64,000 bases of DNA from Camelus dromedarius. Lineage: Eukaryota. The stretch is taken from contig NC_087436.1 of NCBI RefSeq assembly GCF_036321535.1, positions 37,946,001 to 38,010,000 on the forward strand, read 5' to 3'. Both the position numbers and the translations under genes were made by a program. Below the pieces are notes generated by a model, which was not told the origin of the DNA, did not search any database, and saw only the letters and a list, made by a program, of their open reading frames with translations. This document shows positions 1-12,928 of the stretch, in pieces (position 1 is the stretch's first letter; each line of letters begins with the position of its first letter).

Positions 1-360
1 TTTTTTAACATCAAGTTACGTATTTCCAAGTCAAAATTTGTGCATAGTAGAGACAATATATACTGGGTATAATTTTTTACAGAGTTTAAATTCATTATGC
101 ACTGAATAGATCAGCTGTATTACATATTTAAATAGTGTGCAATCTTATAGTTTCTTTCAGTGATATGATTCTACTAGGTAACTCATGATCATCGCATCTT
201 CAATTTACATAGGATACTATGAACAAAACTTAGGGCTGAATTATGACCTATAGTTTGGGTATTACAATAGCAACTGTCCAAATGTTTGTTCTTTTGCTTG
301 AGCTCTGTACATTTTTTTGGCTTTTACAGTTGACTTAACTGTCAATTTACCCTTTTGCAG

Positions 361-445
361 ATTCATGAGATATTTGATTGTCAAGAATGTATGAAGAAAT
401 TCATTTCAGCTAATCAGCTAAAACGTCATATGATTACCCACTCAG
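361..445 (+). CDS. PRDM5: PRDM5 internal coding exon (probably exon 9), 85 nt, phase 0 to 1; [28 protein letters not shown]
   Basis: Acceptor ccttttgcag ends at 360 and donor G|gtaaaa follows 445. Translation gives a full C2H2 finger that matches the PRDM5 zinc-finger array as I recall it. Confidence 0.96.
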
Positions 446-504
446 GTAAAAATACCTATTTTTCCATTTATGTTGAAATCACATTGTCATTTCAGAAGCT
501 CTTA

Positions 505-810
505 GAGTGGTAATCAGTAGACTGGTTAATAATTCTAGCTTGGCCATTGACTGGCCACGTGATAGTCAGCAAGTTACTTAACCTTTCTAGACCTCAGGTT
601 ATTTCTGATGCAAAAGTGATGGGACTAAATGAAACTGAAGATCTTCAAATTCACCGTTTAATTTGTTACCTACTCCTCTTTGAGCCTCAGTTTCTGTATA
701 CTTCATCTGTGAAAAGATATCCTGCCTTTCAAAATTGCTGCGATGATTAAATGAGGTCATTTACATAGCATGCGAGCAGAGTGTCTGACATTTAGGAGGG
801 ATTCAGCAAT
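505..810 (+). mobile_element. Two adjacent decayed MIR SINE fragments
   Basis: MIR core-like motifs gcaagttacttaacctttctagacctcag and tgagcctcagtttct...catctgtgaaa...gattaaatgag. Boundaries approximate. Confidence 0.65.
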
Positions 811-1637
811 TACAGTTACAGTTCTGCTATTTCTAGATACTTTCACATTCTAACTAAGCTACTAATAAATGTTAGTGAGAAATTTATAAATACATTTTGA
901 GAATATAAGTTTTTAAAGCCATAGTTTGATTTTAAGCAAGTTTGAATAATAGGTCTGCTATACATACTTTAAAAAATTCAGCTCTGAAAATAACTCTTGC
1001 TTTATGAGGTCTCTTTACAGAATTTAGAATGTCTATAACTTGAGGCTGTTGAAGTCAGAATGTTTCTGAATGGCTACTTCATTTGGAGGCAGGTAGAGAT
1101 ATTCTGGTAAATGAAAAGAAAAGATTGAAAACTGGTAGCCTTCAGATACGCTTTATTTGAAACATCTTGTTGTCAACATTACATGAATATTGCATAACTG
1201 TGGATTTTGCACAGCCACCCAAGTGTCTAGTTTCTGCTGAGGACCGGAAGCTCAGCCTGGGTGTGGTCCACTGGCCGGGCAGGGGGCAGGCCTGTCCTTC
1301 ACCTCCACCGCTGTTAGGTCGCTCACCCTTAGCATTCAGAGGTGTGGCCCTGACTTAAACTCACACTGATCAGCAGATTTTTCATCTGGGATTAAGAGTT
1401 CTTCCTTGAATTTAAACTTCATCTTTATGTCTAAGCTACTTTATATATTTAGTTTGCAAAGTAGGTGAATAAAGAAAAGCTCATGCTTCTCTGGTGAAGA
1501 GGCTTACACGTCTAAGGGGTGGATTGGGTAGTAGTTTTTTTCAGTTGTTTCGATCATGTTTTAGTTGACTTATCCATAAGAAGTAATACAAGGTAAGGCT
1601 GTTTCCCTTTTTATCCTTTGCCTTTATATAGATATGA

Positions 1638-1832
<195 letters not shown>

Positions 1833-4669
1833 TAATATTGTTATATACATATATATATTGCTGATTTGCTGATGTAATTACCAGCTGCTTATCCTTTAAA
1901 GAAGTTTTCGTATATCTGAGGCATGCTGTACATGTGAAATAATTGGAGAAGATCTTACTTCTGCTTTCTGGTCACTCACTCAGCCCATAACCCCTGGGGC
2001 CTTGTTTCTGCCTTTATTCTCTATTGAAACTATCCTTGCTCACGTTACCTTTTGGGCATTCTCTTCATCTGTGATGCCATTTTAGCGACTCTGCTAGGTC
2101 TTCTGCCGATTTCTCTGGACACTTCTTTGGTCATCCTGGATGCTCTGGCTGTAGGCCTCGTCTGGGTCTTCTATGCCAGCTACATCCATGACTTTGGCTA
2201 CAAACTCTGTACTGATGAATTCGAAATGATTTGTTTTGTTAATCCCAAGCTTCAGACTCACATTTGTTACTGCTTATTTGATACATAACTAGGCATCTTT
2301 TTGACATAATGAACTTAACATGCTCCAGATAATGTGTCACTTTTGGAAGTTTTTGTTAATTTCTGTTAATGACAAAAAGCATCTAGTTATCCCTGTCTCT
2401 TTCTTTAGTCTTAGCCCCTTTTTAGAATTAGAAGCTAATTATTGAAGATTCTACCTTCTATGCTGTCTCATCACCTGCACAGTTATCTGATCATTTACCA
2501 TTCCAACATCCGATTATCGCTCATCTTCCATCACGTTAATACCCATCTAATTCAGCTTCTTGTTACTTATCACTTCCCACTTATCCGGCTGACTAGATAA
2601 TCATCCCAAAGCACAGCTCTATCACTCTTGTACTCTTGTACTATTATAAGTAGATTTCCAGTGCCTACGTAAGTTACAGTATATATATGCCTTACCCTGT
2701 CATTCAGAGTTCTCTACACCGTGACCTCAGCTTCCTTTTCCAGCTTTGTATCGCTCTATTTTCTGTGTGAACCGTATTGAAGACAACTCAGCGTGACTTC
2801 CAACTTCCCTTCCCTCCTTTCTAATGGGACTTTCTTCAAGTTACAAACTCTTCATTTCCTCTATTGATTTTTGTGTGCATTTCCTACACTTTACTCAAGT
2901 TCTTGTTACCAAATGTGTCAGTTTTATCTTATCTACTTTGTGTATAAGATATGTAATATAATATATATTATAATTAATGTTTGAATTCAATTCAGAAAAT
3001 CTGCAAAGATGTTCAAATTCTTAGAAATGTATGTTTAAATTTGTGATATAATAAATATTTGCGTATTGATTTTGGTTGACAATTTTAGGATGCTGTTAAA
3101 CAATATATATGTGTGTATGTGTATATAAAATGTCTTTTCAAATAACTTGTTACTTTTTGTTTGCAATATTCCATTGGAACTATATTTATTTCTGTATTTA
3201 TTTGGACTTTCCAAACACATCATTTTATCTTTTTTGAAATCATTTAAGAAGCTATGATATCAATTTCAGCTGCAGTCTAAAAAGAAAAAGAGGCGGATTT
3301 TATGAAAGAATAAACAGGGTTGGTTGACAGTGTACCAGACCGCTTCTGCCTAATTTCTTGCTGACCGCCCTTATGTTTAACTCAAGCATTCTATGTTCAG
3401 AGGCTGGACCACATTCATTACTGCTGCTTTGGAATTACATGCCTATAAAAAATTATCTGGCCAGTTTCCTGCTCAGTCTCTGGAACCCTCTTGCTCCTTT
3501 CTTTGATGAAACTGATCTACCCACATTTACGAGTGTTTCACAGTTTGGCTTATATTATATGCCATATGGGAATTTGGCACAGGATCTTTGCACCATCTCT
3601 CATACTTTCAGCCATAAATCATATGAAAGTAATAATGATGTCTTGGGAAGGACAGAAACAACGATGCCTGTAATTTCCAGGGTGGAAAGCACATTCAATC
3701 CTTCTGCTGGGGACCACTGTGCTTCTCACTGTGTTACGAGCCTGGCGTGGGTTTGGTATGGTTACGTGAAAATGTCTAAAATGTTCTCTTAAGAGTTATG
3801 GCGGAAAAAGCGAATCGATTTTTTCTTCTGTCATTATTCATTAATGACATGTTACAAAACTAAAAAGTAACGAGATGCAAGTAAAGCAGAGAAAAACCAC
3901 TAAGAGTCGGACTGATTTCCCCCTGTAGCATGACCAATGTTTGTTATTTTAAGTAAATTAATTATTCTTTTGGGGGTTTTGATTATGTAGCTTGTGCATT
4001 TTTATTATATGTATTTGATTTATTTTGGGATCAATTCTTTTAACATTTGGATTTGCTTGAAAAGGGACTATTTTATTGTGATCATGACAACATGGCATGA
4101 CATTTTGAAGGAGTGATTTCTGTTTCTGAAACTTAATTAGTTTTTCGTCATCTTGCCAGTTTTACAGGCTCAATAGGTCCAAGTAAGTTTTCCTTTTCCC
4201 TAATCCTTTGTAGTTGTATTTTTTAGGATCTAGCTAAAACAAAGATTGTTTACCTGGATCCAGCTATATGCTTTGATTCTTTAAATCACAATTAGACAGA
4301 CATTAGAGAACTGCAGGAAAGAGAAACTACTTAATTAGTCTTCACCCCCTCGTTTTGTTCCCTCTCAAATGTAATGCAGAGCAAAACTGAGATAGTGTAC
4401 GGTGACCTCCTCCTGCTCTAGGCAGGGTGTCTGGATGGACTGAAGTCTTAGATCCTGGAGCCGGCACTGCCTACTTGAAGATGGAAATGAAGACAGAGAG
4501 GTTTTGTCCTGATTAGGTCATAAACAAGCCCCTGGAGGACAGAGCTGTGTCTGTTCAAATTTTCTCCTGGCCCCTTCCAGGGATGAACATTAGAGGCCTG
4601 TGAGGAACTCTGGTCACAATTGTTCCTAAAATATTTCAATTGGATCTCCTATACTACTAACATCCCATC

Positions 4670-4883
4670 CAGTGAGTTTTAATCTGGGCCATGGCTATTT
4701 TGTGGGTCTTGAAGTAATTTACTGGGTCATGAAGAGCCATTAAAAATTAGAATGGAAAAAATAAGAATAAACGGTCATTTAATGAAATAATACACCTGTG
4801 TGTATGTAAATCTGTGTGTGTGTGTGTGTTAGATTTAGATATAAAAATTATTTTTTTGGTAGTGATTAGTTTGAAAGAGACTG
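4670..4883 (+). mobile_element. Non-autonomous hAT-Charlie element (MER112-like)
   Basis: Ends cagtgagtttt ... tttgaaagagactg resemble hAT terminal inverted repeats. Internal tgtgggtcttgaagtaatttactgggtcat matches my recollection of MER112. Confidence 0.5.
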
Positions 4884-5233
4884 CAAATCAGACTTTGCCC
4901 GCCCAGGTGAAATTTTATTAGACCTTAAAGAAAAGGACAAATCTCTCCATAAAAACATCAGAGATTAGGTTCTAAAACCATAATATATGGCATAAATTTT
5001 ACATAATAAAAAATTTTTTGACAGATTCTAAGGAAGGTGCCAAATTGTAGACTGAAAGACAGAAGCTCAGTAATTCCATCACAGCCACGTTTTCCTTCAG
5101 CTTTGCGTCAGAGTTTTCTTCCTCAGGTGTGCCATGGGTGAAGTAGCGGGTGGTTCATTTAAGGTGGTGTATTATCCGGAATTACCTACTTTTGTGTCCT
5201 AGAAGCACATTCACCATGATGAGATCCTCACAT

Positions 5234-5747
5234 TGTTGACTGAAAAGAAGTGCACAACCTAAAAGTTGAGAGTTAACTTTTATTCAGCAGACATTTTCTG
5301 AAGACGTAACCCGGGGTGTCCGCTCAGATCACTCTGAGGGACTGCTCTGAAGAGGCAGGGGAGGAGCCAGGATATATAGGAGTTTTGCCACAAAGACCAG
5401 GTAGTCAGAACGTCAAAAGATTACAGTTAATTAAAGAAAAACAGATATCTCCAGTTGAAGAATTTAGCACTTTTCTATGTATGGGAAGGTGCAAAAGTCT
5501 AGGCTCATTGAAATCATTCCTTTGATACGCACTGAGCTATCTAAGGCCAGTGTCCCCAGTGTCCTGTTCATTCCCCTCCTGAGTTCCCTCAGGGTGCACA
5601 GTGTGGGTGGCAGCAGAGGCCAGGCTGTCTGCTTGTCTGCATCCTGAGTTCCCTCTGCCGAGGGTGGTGGTAATGGTAATGGCTGGTGACTTGATCGCCA
5701 CAGCATCCTTTGTGTACTGATAAGGCTGGCAATATTTTTCATTCACA
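5234..5747 (-). mobile_element. Solo ERV1-class LTR, about 514 bp, antisense to PRDM5 (cetartiodactyl MER41-like family, tentative)
   Basis: TG...CA termini flanked by acat/acac (4-bp TSD, one mismatch). On the minus strand a TATA-like element (about 5371-5380) precedes AATAAA (about 5279-5284), the order expected in an LTR. Confidence 0.8.
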
Positions 5748-7479
5748 ACACTAAGAGAGACATGCAGGAATCGAACCTGACAGAAGGAAACAACAGGTAC
5801 AGACGTTTCTCTGAAGCTTATGTTGCTAATGGCAAATTACTTACCTTATTTAAATTACTTTCCTCAGACGGAAGTTGAGACGGCACTATACATTTTCCAA
5901 CATAAGCCCCTTATTTCCTGTACGAGATAGACAGTGAGATTTGAAGATAGATGCTGGACTTTTATTCATAGCACCTATTGACATTGTGCTTTGAATGTGG
6001 CAGATGTTTCCTGAGTGAATACAAATCCACGAGAAGATTATCCCAAATAAAGAAGATACAATATTCTCAGTTAAGAAGTAGTTGTAGCGTGAGAAGTGAT
6101 TTCTTTAGATCTCTGTTTGCAGTATGCATTGTAGTGCTCTGACCTTTCTGTGCACCCTCTCTCTTGACTTTATGAGCATATTAGTTGATCTGGTGATACA
6201 CTGAAAAATCATTGTCGTATTCCTTCTGCCCTGAGCTTATCAACTCGAGATATTTAAGAACTCTTTAAACTTTAATTTGAAGATACTGCACTGTTGTAAT
6301 TTTCAGAACCCTTTCCTGGCTCTGAGATAAGTAACTGACGTGTAGCCCACTGACTGCCAAATCGGTGATCCCCCTTTATTCTCTGACTTTAATATAGGAA
6401 CCTCCCTCCCAGCTTTATTCCATGTCCTCCACTCCCCCAACCCCCAAATAGTCATCGAAGAGTGGCCAGCTAAAGACTGTACCCTGGTGTTTGCCTGAGC
6501 TGCATGCACATTGCTTGTTGCTCTTCAGAGTTTTCTTCTTCCAGGTTCCTGTGGGCACAGGGCCTTGTCTCCCAAATCCCTAGCCTCTGATTCTTGCCTG
6601 TGCCTTAAAGCTGCAGACTGGCTCTTACCTCCAGAGTTCGCCTTTGTGTGGAGTATTGCCTTTGTTCTCCACTCTGCTCTTTCCCAGCCCCCCCTCGCCC
6701 CCCGCCCAGCACAGGGGTTTGAGCTCACCTCGCTTGACCTGCCTGCACACCCATAACCTTCTTAAAACCACAAAGGAACATGTTGGAAGAGAGGAAGGTG
6801 ACATTTCTTTATTTCTTAATTTAATTAAAAAAATTTTTTTGCCTTTTTTTCTGTGTAGTAGACATCTTATTAAATAAATCCCTAAAATCATACATGAATC
6901 CGTGGGTAATCAATTACGCAGCTTCGGTTAGCATCCCCTGGCCCCAGCCGCCTTCCCTTCTCTGACCCACCATATTTCCAGTCCCCTCCCCAGTGGGTAG
7001 CTTTCTGGGTGTCCCCAGATCTATTAAAAACTGTACAGATATTTGTACAAATAATTTGTTAATTATTGCTACATCTACTGCTATATTCAAAGGCCAGGGA
7101 CCCTAAAAACTGGAGGATAGTTTGTAGACTGAGTAGAATTTACTTTTTATCCTCCGTATAATGCCTTTGACATACTTTAAGTCGCTGTAACAGGTTGGAG
7201 TAGGGAAGATTGATAAGGCAAGAGTTGGAGGTGGTTGGGTGGCAGAGTTGGGAAGGTGACCATTGGAATGGGAAAGAGACAATGTGAGAAGAGACTCCCA
7301 AGTGTCAGGTTGGATGGGAGTGTGCACAGGAAGCCTGCACTGTACGAGGCACCCCCGTCATCACCTGTGAATCCTCGGAAACTTTCACACTCCACACTAA
7401 GGTTTTTGTGTAAGGGGAAGTTCTTTTGGGTGGAGCATCGATAAAAGGTTTTAGCTGCCCATTGGGGCAATAAGTCTAA

Positions 7480-8470
7480 TTAAATGTAAATGGTTTTATG
7501 ACATAGATGTCATTCAGGAACTTACTTCTTTGCCTTAACATCATAACTTGGAGAGCTTTTTCAGGTAGATTCATACAGTTACTCACTTTTCATAACCATC
7601 ATTATTGTGATAACATCAGTGAACATCTTTTTACATAAAACTGACTTTGCCAGGAGTATTTATGCAAACAGATCTTGTATGGAATTCATGGGTCAGATAT
7701 TAATTTATTTTAAGTTTTGATTACTCCTACCCGACTGCTTTCTGAAAAAGCTCAATTTTCACTTAGCAGTGATGGAAGTGCCTCTTTATCTGTGCCCTCA
7801 CTATCATTTGATTCTATCAGCCTTTTTTTTTTTTCAGTCTGAGAATTGATATTTCATTGCATTTTAGCAATCGCGGGTGAACTTCTACTCTTCTCATGTT
7901 TATTTTTCATTTACATTTCTTATGAGAAATGCCTGTAGGTGCTCTGTGTCCTTTCTCCACTGGCCTCTTTATGGCTTCTCATTGATTTCTAGGTGTTCTA
8001 TAAATATTATGAATATTAATTTGTTTTAGTTTCTAATATTTGTTCTCATCTATCAACTTTCATCTTTGGAATAAAGAAGTTTTACATTTTTACGTTTTTA
8101 AGTATGACATGGATTATGTGTTGTATGACTTCTGAGTATTTACAGCTTCTGAGCTTTATGCCTTACTTAGAAAACTTTCTTATTCCAAGATTGTGGAAAT
8201 CCTCATCAATTCTTTTAAAAGTTATATTTGTTTCCTTTTTATTGGTATTTTAATCCATCAATAATTTATTTTTAGGTATGGAATGAAATATTGATTCATA
8301 ACCACTGCTATCACATTGTTAAAAACCTCTCATATAAATCTATTTTTGGACTCCATTTTGTTCCTTTTAATCTCTGTTCTTTTGCAATATCATACTATTT
8401 TAATAATTGCAGTTTAACGTGTTTCAATATCTGTTAGACAAGGGCTCCTTTGTAGTTTTCCTTCTTCAAA
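7480..8470 (-). mobile_element. Old L1 (L1M-type) fragment
   Basis: T-rich + strand with L1-like phrases (gtgaacatcttt, ggaattcatgggtca, tttacatttcttatgagaaatgcctgt). Boundaries approximate. Confidence 0.55.
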
Positions 8471-10260
8471 ATTCTTTTATGTGGTGTTTTAGGAAGAGTA
8501 ACATTAATAAGCAGATGCTTATCACTGCTTCCTTTTTGTCTTCTTGGAAATCAGTGTCATATATTAAAAAGCAGCTCCTCTTCACAAAAATTCTTCTGAT
8601 AAGCACTTGCTCCTGTGAGTGATTTGGTTCAGAAATGTTTTGTTCTTTCCCCTTTTGGGTAGACAAGGCAGGAAATAAAAACAGCTCATTTTCCTCCATA
8701 ATCATTAAATTAATTCTCCACTACCAGTATGTTACTTTTTCATGTATTAAAACATGTTATTTAGTATAACATGGAGCTTCGGCCCTTAACCCTTTCATTT
8801 TTATTCTACCTGAAGTTCTGCCAAGCTTGATTGACTCAGCCCATAGGATCTATGAGAAGATTAAGTAAGAGGGTTGAAAAAAAACCAAGCTCAGTTAGGT
8901 TAGCCATAGCCAGAAAATATGGTGATGGCTTGTTACACTCAGAGAAGGCAAAAAACTTTGAAAAGTAAACTCTGAAATTCATAGAACATAGCAAACGGGG
9001 GCAATTTAGTGTGAGGGCAGGAAGAATACTTATGTGAACCCTCAATATTACGGGGTAATGAATTTTAAGTGATGTCAACAGTGTTAGTTTGTGGCAGCTA
9101 AGTTAATTGAATGGAAAAGTATTATGTTTTTGAAAAAGAGACATCCTTCTCTCTCATATAACAATTTGTATCGTACTAGAAAATGCTGCAAACCTGAACC
9201 AGTGAGAATTAGAGATGTACAAATGAGAACTGTATGTGATAATTAAAGTACGCTGAAGTGCAGTATTTTCAGTAAAAAACAGGGTTTGAACCTAATATCC
9301 ATATTGGGTGTTGTATATTTAAAATTAGAAAGTGATTCTAAACTCAGATCTTTTGACTTTGGTTTGCATCTGTATTATGTTGAAAATAGGCTAGTTTAGT
9401 TTTTATGAGGGTTTCAACTGAGAATATGTGGTTGGTGGTTTTAAATACACACACAACGTGCATATACATTTTACTTTCTATCTTTGTATCATCTACCTAT
9501 CTATCTTTCATGACCAAATATTTGGAATCTTACCCGCATCCTGTTTCTTATTATCTGTTAATTTCTGAGGATTTATACTATAAGAAAACAATTTCCTGTT
9601 GAAGGACTGGTATTAATTTTTAGAGAGAGTAATTTTTGATAGGACTAGGATTGGTCCGTTCTTGCTTATTTGTCTGTTTGTACTATAAGAATCTGCACTC
9701 ATTTCTCTTTGGATGACCCATAAAGTTCAGTACAAGATTACCAATTTATTTAGCTATCTTGCCTAGCAAACAAGTTATCCACTAGAGGAGTAGGTATAGC
9801 TGCTATGATTTGTTCCATATGAATGATAAAAATCAGGATGCCTTCTTTTATGCAGAAAATTCTGCTTTACTATTATTGTGATGTGCCTGAAAACTGTATC
9901 TTCATGAGTGAAGCCACAGGTGTCTGTTATCTGGCAGTTTGTGAAGGGACATGGTTGCTGTTTCCAGATATTCAAACAGCTTCATTATGGAAGAGAGAAT
10001 AAACTTGTTCTCTATGGCTCTAGACTAGCTGTAATAAATATTGGCCATGTGGAAGCAGAACTTTCAAATTACTGGTTGAATCAGCTGATGTGTTCCAAAC
10101 AATGTTTGCTAGGGGCACCCTTGGTTAGAAATATAAGATGCTGTCTCTCAGCAGTATTGTAGAGGGGAAATATCCCTGCGTTGGGAATCTAAATTGCCAC
10201 CTTCCAAGGAAGACTTCATCTCTTCTCTTAGCAAATTCCCTTTGCTTTGATCACGGTATA

Positions 10261-10533
10261 CAGTTGGCCCTTTGTGTCTGCAGGTGCCATATCCACAGAC
10301 TCAACCAACTGAATGTAAAGTATTTGGAAAAAAATTCCAGGGAGTGGCAAAAAGCAAAACTTGAATTGCTGTGCACTGGCAACCATTTACGTTGTTTTAG
10401 GTACTGTAACAATTTAGAGATGATTTAAAGTATATGGGAGGATGTGCATAGGTTGTATGCAGGTACTATGCCATTTTATATAAGGGACTTGGGCGTCCTT
10501 GGATTTTGGTCCATGGATATGGAGGGAAGAGTG
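10261..10533. mobile_element. MER2B-like TcMar-Tigger non-autonomous DNA transposon
   Basis: Starts TA|cagttggccct, contains aaaagcaaaacttgaatt and tagagatgatttaaagtatatgggaggatgtgcataggtt, and ends ggatatggagggaagagtg (degenerate TIR). Confidence 0.85.
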
Positions 10534-10594
10534 TGCCTAAGGCTGTGGGGACGTCTCTGAGTTTCTTTCCTCAGAGACGCGCACCTGCTCCCCT

Positions 10595-10915
10595 GCTTAT
10601 GTCAGATCTTCCCTCAAGTGTCACTTCTCACCCAGAATTTCCTTGACACCTTTTAAAATTGCTGCCCTGTTCTCTGAAACATTTGCTGTCCCCTTTCCCT
10701 ACTTTATTTTTCTCTGTAGCATGTATCTCCTACTTACTGTTTGTTAATTTGTCCTTTCTCCACCAGTATAAGAGCTCCATGATAGTGGGGACTTTTGTCT
10801 TTTTCTTTTTTTTTTTTTTTTTAACTGCTATATACTCAGCATGTAAAATAGGACTGGCATGCAGTGGCATGAAGTGCATATCATAGACTTGGCACAAAAC
10901 AAATAATGAATGAAA
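10595..10915 (+). mobile_element. L2 LINE 3' end
   Basis: L2 tail motifs tcaagtgtcacttctca, agctccatga...gggactttttgtct-like and terminal aatgaatgaa. Confidence 0.65.
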
Positions 10916-10939
10916 TTTTAAGAGAGCTATTTGGAGGAG

Positions 10940-11530
10940 AGTCCTTTTGCCCCCTTTTTGGAGTTTTTACATTTTCTTATTAATTTGCTATAACTCTTTA
11001 TATTAACAATTTTAAACTTTTGGTTGATGTTGTAACTATTGTCTTTGACACCAAACGTTTTTGTCTTGCAGTTTTAAATTTAATCCTTTCCCTTACCTGA
11101 ATTCCTGGGTTTCTGGAATCCTTAGAAGCCTTTTAGTAAATAACAGTAAAAATTATTTAAATATTCACTCGTATTTTCTTCTACTATATTTAGTGTCTTA
11201 CTCTTCACATTTGAAAAAACATCTGAATAGAAATGATTTTCAAAAATTTAAAAAAAAATTTAAATTTCAAAAAATTTTATTGATGTTAAGGGGTGAAGAA
11301 TAGACACAACTTCATTTTTTCTGAATGTCTATACAGTTGCTTCACAACCATTTACTAAATAATCCACTGTTCCGCTCCCAATTTGAAATGCCATATTTTC
11401 CTATATTAAATGTTCATATATCTTATGTAATGAAAGAAACCTGCTTTTTGTTCTATTTCATGGATATATTTATTCCCAGCTAAATAGCAATTTGAATATC
11501 TGTAGTTTATCCTGAGTTTTAAATATTTGT
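10940..11530 (-). mobile_element. Old L1 fragment
   Basis: L1-like motifs cagttgcttcacaaccatttactaaataatcc and tttgaaatgccat. Boundaries approximate. Confidence 0.5.
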
Positions 11531-11908
11531 TCCTCCCATCCTTTTAATATGTTTTTACAGTTGAAAACAGGCATGATAATCCCTTTTCACTAACATTATG
11601 TTAACAGGTAATGTTTGTACCTTTAATATTATAATGTTCATTAATCAGGTATAAATCTATATGCTGTGAATAAAGTGACCTTTCCTTAAATTATTCCCTT
11701 ATTTTTATATCACAGATATCATAAAAAGCCATCAATTATGTGATTTGCTTTATTGCAATAAGAAAACATAGTTCCGTTTTCTATATTTTAGCATTTGTGA
11801 GCATTATTTTCTTACCATTGGGTAGAATCGAATTTTATTTTCTTATTTAGGCAAAATGGGTTAATACTGATGTGTAATGGAAAATAGGTGAAGTGAATAA
11901 GCTGGGGT

Positions 11909-11947
11909 TTTGTTGTTGTTGTTGTTGTTTTGTTGTTTTTGTTTTTG
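11909..11947. repeat. (GTT)n / GTTTT microsatellite
   Basis: Read directly: tttgttgttgttgttgttgttttgttgtttttgttttt. Confidence 0.85.
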
Positions 11948-12034
11948 ACTTTCAGATCTAGCAGGTGGTTTTCTGTTGTTGCTGGTTTACGCATTTATTT
12001 TTGTCTGTCATGTGATTAATCATGCTTGCTGCAT

Positions 12035-12213
12035 CTATGCTGTTTGACATTTGGCAAGTTACTGAAACTTTTTGAGCCTTAGTTTTCTTATCCATAAAAT
12101 GGGGACAACTGTAGTATTTTATTTATCAAATTGCTGTTAGAATGAAGTGAAATAATTCATGTAAAGTGTTTAACCTAGCATTTGACATACAATAAATATT
12201 TAATGAATGTTAT
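12035..12213 (+). mobile_element. MIR SINE
   Basis: Core ttggcaagttactgaaactttttgagccttagttttcttatccataaaatgggga followed by catgtaaagtgtttaa. Confidence 0.8.
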
Positions 12214-12640
12214 CCAGAATTAATATAACACGAGTAAATACTCTAGTTTGATTTAGGGGAAGAGCAGCACCTAGGATTAAAAATGACTTGAAATTATTCA
12301 GTCAAGTTGAAACAGAAAGGATGGAAACAATCTCCCTTATACCAGTGTCCTTTATCTGTGTGGAGAATGTTGTACCAGCATCATTAAAGTCTGTCCAGTG
12401 ATAAAGAAGGTTTAATCTTTAGAGCAATTACGTATCATTTCACTCGGCAAAGTAGATCCTGAGACATCTTAGTGTGTATTGAGATGAGCATTTGAGATTA
12501 TAGGAACGATTTTCTTTACTATGTATCAAGTTAATTATTCATGTGAGATGTTAAAAAGACAGTTGTTTTTCTCCGGTGAACACAGCATATTTGTGTTTCC
12601 AAGTTTATGGGGAAGAATGTCACCAGAAGAAATGGGATAG

Positions 12641-12928
<288 letters not shown>

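Noticed and set aside
3358..3792. 144-aa + strand ORF
   Set aside because: Non-ATG start, no recognisable domain and no fit to the PRDM5 frame. A chance ORF.
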